Shown in pieces: positions 17,037 through 21,585 of a DNA stretch of 21,585 bases. Numbering within the stretch: the first letter of the stretch is position 1; each line of letters opens with the position of its first letter. A program made the position numbers and the translations under genes. Location of the stretch: assembly GCA_030433295.1 (NCBI GenBank), contig JAUIMJ010000041.1, positions 1 to 21,585 on the forward strand. Direction: 5' to 3'. Origin of the DNA: a bacterium (GTDB taxonomy: Bacteria > Bdellovibrionota_C > UBA2361 > SZUA-149). The notes under the pieces are model-generated. The model did not search any database, was not told where the DNA came from, and saw only the letters and a program-made list of their open reading frames with translations.

Positions 17037-17596
17037 GATGCTTCTCCGAGTAGTCGGCTCACCTCTTCAACAAACGCAGGCTTATCCCAAACGCGATCGC
17101 TGATTATTCGAACCAGAGAAGTCCTGGTTTCAGGATCTTCAAAGTCGAGAAACACTCCCTCTCGGCTTATGAAAAAAGACTCGGGAAAGCCTTCGAGTCC
17201 GTATTTTTGTGAAATCTGTAATTGGGGATCGAGCAAAACGGGGAATTCGATATTGTTTTTGGCTACAAATTTCTCCACCTCGGAACGAGCCCCCGGTGGA
17301 TCTACATTAACCGCGATAATCTCAAATCCACGGTCCTTGAGTTTGGTCCGCAGATTCTGCATCGAAGGCATTTCAGCAACACAGGGGGCACACCACGTCG
17401 CCCAAAAGTTCAGCATCACCACCTTCCCACGAAAATCGGCCAGCGCCACGTCCTGCCCCTTCAAATCGGGAAGAGAAAAACCCAGCGCAGGTGCTCCGGC
17501 AGAAAAACGACTTTCACGTAACTCTTTCGTGTTGTCACACGCCAGAATGAAAAAGCATCCGAGCAGCATGACAAACTGAAAATACCTGTTCATCAA
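17033..17596 (-). CDS. TlpA/ResA-like thioredoxin-fold thiol:disulfide oxidoreductase lipoprotein.
   Basis: Signal peptide plus lipobox (FFILAC). Thioredoxin active site FWATWCAPCVAEMP. Typical TlpA family length and architecture. Co-transcribed with lgt. Confidence 0.8.
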   Translation of the reverse strand: MMNRYFQFVMLLGCFFILACDNTKELRESRFSAGAPALGFSLPDLKGQDVALADFRGKVVMLNFWATWCAPCVAEMPSMQNLRTKLKDRGFEIIAVNVDPPGARSEVEKFVAKNNIEFPVLLDPQLQISQKYGLEGFPESFFISREGVFLDFEDPETRTSLVRIISDRVWDKPAFVEEVSRLLGEAS

Positions 17597-17846
17597 CCCC
17601 CTGCGCGATACGCGCTATCTATCATTGAAACATACTCACCAGACTTCGTTAGCAGGAGTACGAGCTTTTTCAAATAAAAGCGAGGGATGGGTGAATGTTG
17701 ATATAGCCAATACACCTGAGAAGTACGTGGGTTATGAGAATTAGTCGTTGAGCACAAAGCCCCCTATACACACACCAAATTGCCCAACAATGGAGCGGTT
17801 AAGCCTTCGCAACTCGAGCTATTCTATAGCATTTCAAAATTTCCCT

Positions 17847-17863
17847 AGCATTTCAGAAATGCT
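17847..17863. promoter_or_regulatory. Perfect 17-bp palindrome AGCATTTCaGAAATGCT in the tlpA / lpxL divergent promoter region (preceded by a TAGCATTTCA direct repeat).
   Basis: Read directly from sequence. Confidence 0.3.
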
Positions 17864-17947
17864 CTATTTAACCTATACATTAGCCCCGAACTCGGGAAGG
17901 GCCCCTGCCCTACACGTAACCTACTATTTTACTAATATAGACTGATT

Positions 17948-17983
17948 TACTGGCACAGACTGAACTACTGGCACAGAGTGAAC
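17948..17983 (+). promoter_or_regulatory. Tandem 18-bp direct repeat TACTGGCACAGA(C/G)TGAAC x2, ending on/overlapping the GTG start of the LpxL-family gene.
   Basis: Read directly from sequence: 17948-17965 and 17966-17983 differ at one position. Confidence 0.3.
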
Positions 17984-19006
17984 CTCAACGAAAACATAGT
18001 GTCCTTTGGCGCTAACATTCTCAAAATTATCTCTCGTATCCTGCCCCTGCGCCTGTGGCTATGGCTCTGCCGAAACATTCTGGGCCTGATTGCTCGCTTC
18101 AGAAAGCGCGAATTGGACATCTGCATTGCGCAAATGCGCTATGCAAACGAAAGAGGCTCCGGCGACGCACCCTTTGTTGAGAAAAATGATTATCGCGAAA
18201 TGAGTATACGGGTGTTTCGCCATCTCGGCGAATGCATCGGGGAACTCTTTGTCATTGATAGACTGTTCAAAGAAGTAGCGGGCCCCGCACTGGCTCCCAA
18301 GCCGCCATTGGACGAACTCCCTACTGCATTTGAGCACTTTAGCTCGGATGGATGGTTACCCGTTCGCGATTTGATAAACCAGGGTAAAGGCGCGGTAGTG
18401 CTAAGCGGGCATATCGGATGTATTGAGCTTCTTGCTGCGTATTACACTCGATGTGGTGTTCCCCTCACGGTCGCCGGACGACTGCCAAACTCATCGGGCT
18501 TTGCCGGATGGCTCGAGAAACTTCGAGAATCCTATGGAGTTGAAACGATGTGGCGTGAGGATCCGGGAAGTTCGAGGAAACTACGCAATGCACTTAAGGA
18601 GGGGCGCTTTATTGCGGCGCTCATCGATCAGGACACCAAATTAGAGAGCGGGTACGCCCCATTTTTTGGCATGGATGCCGCTCACCCAATCAGTCCCATC
18701 CAAATGGCGGTAAAGTTTAAGCTCCCGGTATTCTCCTCCTTTATTGTGCGGGACGGGCCCAACCACCACCATATGCACACCGAACAAATTCACTACGAAC
18801 CGAAGGATCCCAAAGCGAAACAGAAGATCCTCGATATCTTCAGCGAACGCCTTGAGCAGATGGTACGGCAGTACCCCGAACAATGGGTCTGGTGGCACAA
18901 ACGCTGGCGTCGCCGACCGGAAATCAATTACGAGGAACACCCGGAAAAACTCCAGGGAAGCGCGGCATATGTCGAGTGGGTAGATGCGCAGCGAAAAACG
19001 CTTTAG
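17978..19006 (+). CDS. lpxL: Lipid A biosynthesis late acyltransferase (LpxL/LpxM/HtrB family lysophospholipid acyltransferase).
   Basis: N-terminal membrane anchor LPLRLWLWLCRNILGLIA. C-terminal family hallmark YPEQWVWWHKRWRRRP. The GTG start (17978) is the first in-frame start; the upstream frame closes at 17933. Confidence 0.75.
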   Translation: MNLNENIVSFGANILKIISRILPLRLWLWLCRNILGLIARFRKRELDICIAQMRYANERGSGDAPFVEKNDYREMSIRVFRHLGECIGELFVIDRLFKEVAGPALAPKPPLDELPTAFEHFSSDGWLPVRDLINQGKGAVVLSGHIGCIELLAAYYTRCGVPLTVAGRLPNSSGFAGWLEKLRESYGVETMWREDPGSSRKLRNALKEGRFIAALIDQDTKLESGYAPFFGMDAAHPISPIQMAVKFKLPVFSSFIVRDGPNHHHMHTEQIHYEPKDPKAKQKILDIFSERLEQMVRQYPEQWVWWHKRWRRRPEINYEEHPEKLQGSAAYVEWVDAQRKTL

Positions 19007-19340
19007 AGCGCGAACGTAAGTCCCCTCGGGAGAAAAGGATTTAGAGCAGTCGCAGGATAAAATCGCACTTGTTTATCCGAAGACTGCTCTAGAGCATTTT
19101 TCAAAAAAGCGAAGCGAAAAATGCTTTCGAGCACGGACGCAAGTCCGTGCGGGGAAAAAGAATTTAGAGCAGTCGTAGGATAAAATCGTATCAGTTTATC
19201 CGAAGACTGCTCTAGAGCATTTTTCAAAAAAGCGAAGCGAAAAATGCTTTCGAGCACGGACACAAGTCCGTGCGGGAAAAAAAAATTTAGAGCGGTCGCA
19301 GGATAAAATCGTATCAGTTTATCCGAAGACTGCTCTAAAA
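19004..19340 (+). repeat. Tandem array (~3.3 copies, 123-bp period) of a three-hairpin repeat unit filling the convergent intergenic space between lpxL (stop 19006) and the LDLa lipoprotein gene (stop 19335).
   Basis: Unit starts at 19040, 19163 and 19286 (period exactly 123). Each unit has three stems: AGAGCAGTCGYAGGATAAA-N10-TTTATCCGAAGACTGCTCT, AGCATTTTTC-N13-GAAAAATGCT, GCACGGAC-GCAA/ACAA-GTCCGTGC. A degenerate partial unit lies at 19004-19039. Copies are >95% identical. Confidence 0.85.
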
Positions 19341-20534
19341 CGGAATCGCCTGGCAGCCGTTCAGGAAGTCATCCTGATCGCATTGCTGATTCGCACCACA
19401 ACAGCAGCAGGTAGGCGCGCAGCTTCCCGCACTCTCCATGGGGCAACCATTAGAAGCGATACAGCAGAGGACCTCTGCGGTGCAGATGCTTCCCGATTCG
19501 TCCGCCGCGTTGGCGCAATCAATATTTCCGTCGCAGAGGTTTTCCCGACAGGTCAGACCGCCGTCACCACACTGGAAGACACCCTTAGCGCAGTTGGGCG
19601 TCATCACCTGATCATCTCCGCCATCAGTCGTACCTCCTGTGGTGTCGGGAACCGCTGTAGGCTCAGGAGTTGGCGTTGGCGGGGCGAGCACGGAAGTTAT
19701 TGTGGGGAAATTTGATACGATAACATCATTCAGCTCGGATGAGACATTCAGAGCACAATCGCTCGCATCTTCAAAGCGTCCCAACCAACCCGGCGCGCTA
19801 AAGTCACAGGAACTTCTTTCGCTTAATCCCTCGACAATCCGCGATTGGATCTCCTGATCGTCGTCAGAGCTGGTAACAATTCGCAAAACATCCAGCAGAA
19901 GTGAGCCACAGGCAGAAGCGGTGATCTGTAAAAACTCTGACGGAGCTGCATCGATGTTTGCCGCATCCTGACCGGCACAGCCGAACGTTCTGACAGCAAT
20001 GATAACGCCCAGCAGCAATCGCCGGACAACTTCGACTGATTCAACTCGGTTGAGACGGGAGCTCGTAAGCAACTTTACCGTTTCCTCCGGGAGCACTACG
20101 GTTTGCTGTCCCCCGGCCTGCACAACACCGTCTTCCCGGATGAAGGTAAGCACAACGTCAATAGTCGTGCTGGTAGCATTGAGGAAAACAGCGGTGACAT
20201 TACCCGTTTGCGCGCTCACGGGGAGACCGTCCTCACCCACGGTAACTCGGGCTACCTGCTTCTCCGGGGAGACGTAGAGCACATGTGAAATAGACGTGGA
20301 GCCGGCTTCAGTGTTGAGAACAATAACGCTCTCTCCGGTATTCAGGCCGGCAGTCGTTGCGACTGGGCTCAGAGGCGACTGAGTCTGTCCGAGCATCAGG
20401 CTTTGAAAGGCACGAGAGACCCGTCCGACTGGCGGTGTATCGTCGCGCTCAACACCCTTGCAGCCAGAAGAAAAAACGATACTTACCGTAAACAAGGCCA
20501 GGCATACGGCTTGCAATTTTTTCATGGGGCCCAT
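19335..20534 (-). CDS. Cys-rich lipoprotein with a C-terminal LDL-receptor class A (LDLa)-like calcium-binding module.
   Basis: SD GGAG 5 nt upstream of ATG. Signal peptide plus lipobox (VSIVFSSGC). C-terminus CAKGVFQCGDGGLTCRENLCDGNIDCANAADESGSIC fits the six-Cys LDLa pattern (C-x6-C ... CDGxxDC...DE..C), followed by a CC/CCCC-rich tail. Pro/Thr linker PPTPTPEPTAVPDTTGGTTDGG. Confidence 0.7.
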   Translation of the reverse strand: MGPMKKLQAVCLALFTVSIVFSSGCKGVERDDTPPVGRVSRAFQSLMLGQTQSPLSPVATTAGLNTGESVIVLNTEAGSTSISHVLYVSPEKQVARVTVGEDGLPVSAQTGNVTAVFLNATSTTIDVVLTFIREDGVVQAGGQQTVVLPEETVKLLTSSRLNRVESVEVVRRLLLGVIIAVRTFGCAGQDAANIDAAPSEFLQITASACGSLLLDVLRIVTSSDDDQEIQSRIVEGLSERSSCDFSAPGWLGRFEDASDCALNVSSELNDVIVSNFPTITSVLAPPTPTPEPTAVPDTTGGTTDGGDDQVMTPNCAKGVFQCGDGGLTCRENLCDGNIDCANAADESGSICTAEVLCCIASNGCPMESAGSCAPTCCCCGANQQCDQDDFLNGCQAIPF

Positions 20535-21090
20535 GCGTACTCCAGAAGCGCTTTCGCTGCTTGTTTGATTCCTTCAATAATTTCGACAGCCAGCCACTAC
20601 TGGTTCCGAACTCATTGGGGATTCTCACAATCCGAGGTCTATCAGTCAAGATTTCCCGAGACTGAGCAGATTAGATTGTATGATTCGGTAGAAAGCAGTG
20701 AACGAGTTGCCCCACCTAAGGCGACACGGGTGATGGGCAGAGCAGCCATAGATTCTGAGCCGATCCGCTTCCCCTAGTAATTTACTACGTTAATGCGGGG
20801 GATACTCAAGATTCAGTGAGGCTGCGCATACTCAGTGAGCCGCCGAATGTCGGAAGGGAGCGGCAATTCAGCGGCCATCGACAGAAGCCGATAGAGCAGC
20901 GAAATCGCTAAGACCTTGCCAGAAAAGATACCGCAAGATAGTCAAAAAGGGGAGAAAAAGTCGTAGCGCAAGCCACTGGCCTTCCCCTTTGATTTCCTCG
21001 AAACTCCCTGTTGTTTGCCTTGAGAATAGAGTACATTTGAAATTCCCGGTTTTCGATTGAATACAGCCCAGCCTTTGAAACAATAGATTT

Positions 21091-21585
21091 ATGCGAAACT
21101 TACCTGCACGTTTCAACACGAGAAACTTCCCTACGGGATGTCTTACTATTGGGCGACTACTCCCCCTGTTTGCTGTGCTTATATTTGTGGCTTTAGTCCC
21201 CGACCCCGCCAGCGCTCAGACCGTTGCGAAACTATACTCGCGTTCCGGAAATGTGGAATCTCGGGAACGAGCCAGTGTCACCTGGGAGGATGCGAAGAAA
21301 GGACACCCCTTCGATGTTGGAGACGGCGTGCGAACCCTTGCGCATAGTCGGGCGGGAGTTAAGTTCCTGAGTGGTTACCTGGTGCGACTCAGTCCTCGTA
21401 CCACCATCACCTTCACTGAAAAGGACCCGGGTAAGAAGAAGGAAGAGGCAAAAACCAGCATTCTCGGTGGGATTGTGCACTTTTTTTCAAGAAAGCCAAA
21501 GAAACTACCTAAAGTCGTAACCCCGCAGGTCAGTGCATCGGTGCGCGGTACTGAATTTGTCGTTGAAGTCACCGATGAGCGCACC
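21091..21585 (+). CDS. FecR-domain protein (sigma-factor regulator / signal-transducer-like), 3' end beyond window.
   Basis: ORF open to the window end. N-terminal signal/anchor GRLLPLFAVLIFVALVPDPASA. Then WEDAKKGHPFDVGDGVRTLAHSRAGVKFLSGYLVRLSPRTTITF...ASVRGTEFVVEV matching the FecR-domain pattern (G..v.t...a.v.f.dg..v.l.p.t...f ... v.v.GT.F.v). Confidence 0.55.
   Translation, partial: MRNLPARFNTRNFPTGCLTIGRLLPLFAVLIFVALVPDPASAQTVAKLYSRSGNVESRERASVTWEDAKKGHPFDVGDGVRTLAHSRAGVKFLSGYLVRLSPRTTITFTEKDPGKKKEEAKTSILGGIVHFFSRKPKKLPKVVTPQVSASVRGTEFVVEVTDERT

Noticed and set aside
19003-19263. 86-aa ORF on the minus strand with an internally duplicated peptide (SVLESIFRFAFLKNALEQSSDK x2).
   Set aside because: It lies entirely inside the 123-bp tandem repeat array. 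The duplicated peptide is a translation artifact of the DNA repeat. No SD.
19004-19340. Possibility that the tandem repeats are a CRISPR array.
   Set aside because: The 123-bp period is far longer than CRISPR repeat+spacer architecture. There are no unique spacers (whole units are near-identical) and no cas genes.
20403-21119. ORFs 20403-20777 (+) and 20868-21119 (-) in the long divergent gap.
   Set aside because: No SD, odd composition. The first overlaps the lipoprotein gene's 5' end. I treat the region as non-coding.
1-21585. Presence of PspA/LiaH, mobile-element genes (transposase/integrase), tRNA/rRNA.
   Set aside because: I searched by eye and found none. No PspA-like long amphipathic coiled-coil ORF and no DDE/tyrosine-recombinase motifs. 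No tRNA-like cloverleaf could be confidently identified without a search tool.

Overview
This 21.6-kb window looks like a chromosomal region from a diderm (Gram-negative-type) bacterium of moderate GC content. It is dense in envelope-related genes. I saw no transposases, integrases, CRISPR arrays or obvious rRNA/tRNA genes.

Features in order:
- 23-874 (+): membrane-anchored lytic transglycosylase (SLT domain) whose reading frame is open to the window edge.
- 1112-6720 (+): a tightly spaced, co-directional six-gene cluster.
  - An SPFH/Band-7-like protein with a C-terminal SHOCT-like tail.
  - Two zinc-ribbon proteins sharing a W/D/E-rich DUF4178-like core; the second has C-terminal transmembrane helices.
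  - A small secreted Gly/Tyr/Arg-rich peptide.
  - A DUF350 (YjfL-like) membrane protein with a strong Shine-Dalgarno.
  - A spermidine-synthase-family aminopropyltransferase fused to a ~7-helix N-terminal membrane domain.
  - The gene set resembles the B. subtilis ydjGHI and E. coli yjf (PspA-associated) neighbourhoods, but there is no PspA in the window.
- 7048-11846 (+): a translationally coupled SbcD-like metallophosphoesterase and SbcC/Rad50/YhaN-like coiled-coil ATPase. The ATPase has a predicted transmembrane hairpin in the middle of its coiled coil.
- 11933-14141 (-): two hypothetical genes plus an S-adenosylmethionine decarboxylase (pyruvoyl, SpeH-type) fused to spermidine synthase. 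This is the second aminopropyltransferase in the window.
- 14472-16162 (+): a lipoprotein with thrombospondin-type-3-like Ca-binding Asp repeats, and an adjacent secreted protein.
- 16260-17596 (-): an overlapping tlpA-like thioredoxin lipoprotein and lgt.
- 17978-19006 (+): an LpxL/HtrB-family lipid A acyltransferase.
- 19335-20534 (-): a Cys-rich lipoprotein ending in an LDL-receptor class-A-like module.
- 21091-21585 (+): a 3'-truncated FecR-domain protein.

Non-coding structure worth a second look:
- A ~123-bp three-hairpin repeat family, present as a ~3.3-copy tandem array at 19004-19340 and as an inverted copy at 6719-6851, both abutting stop codons.
- Several palindromes and direct repeats in promoter-like gaps.
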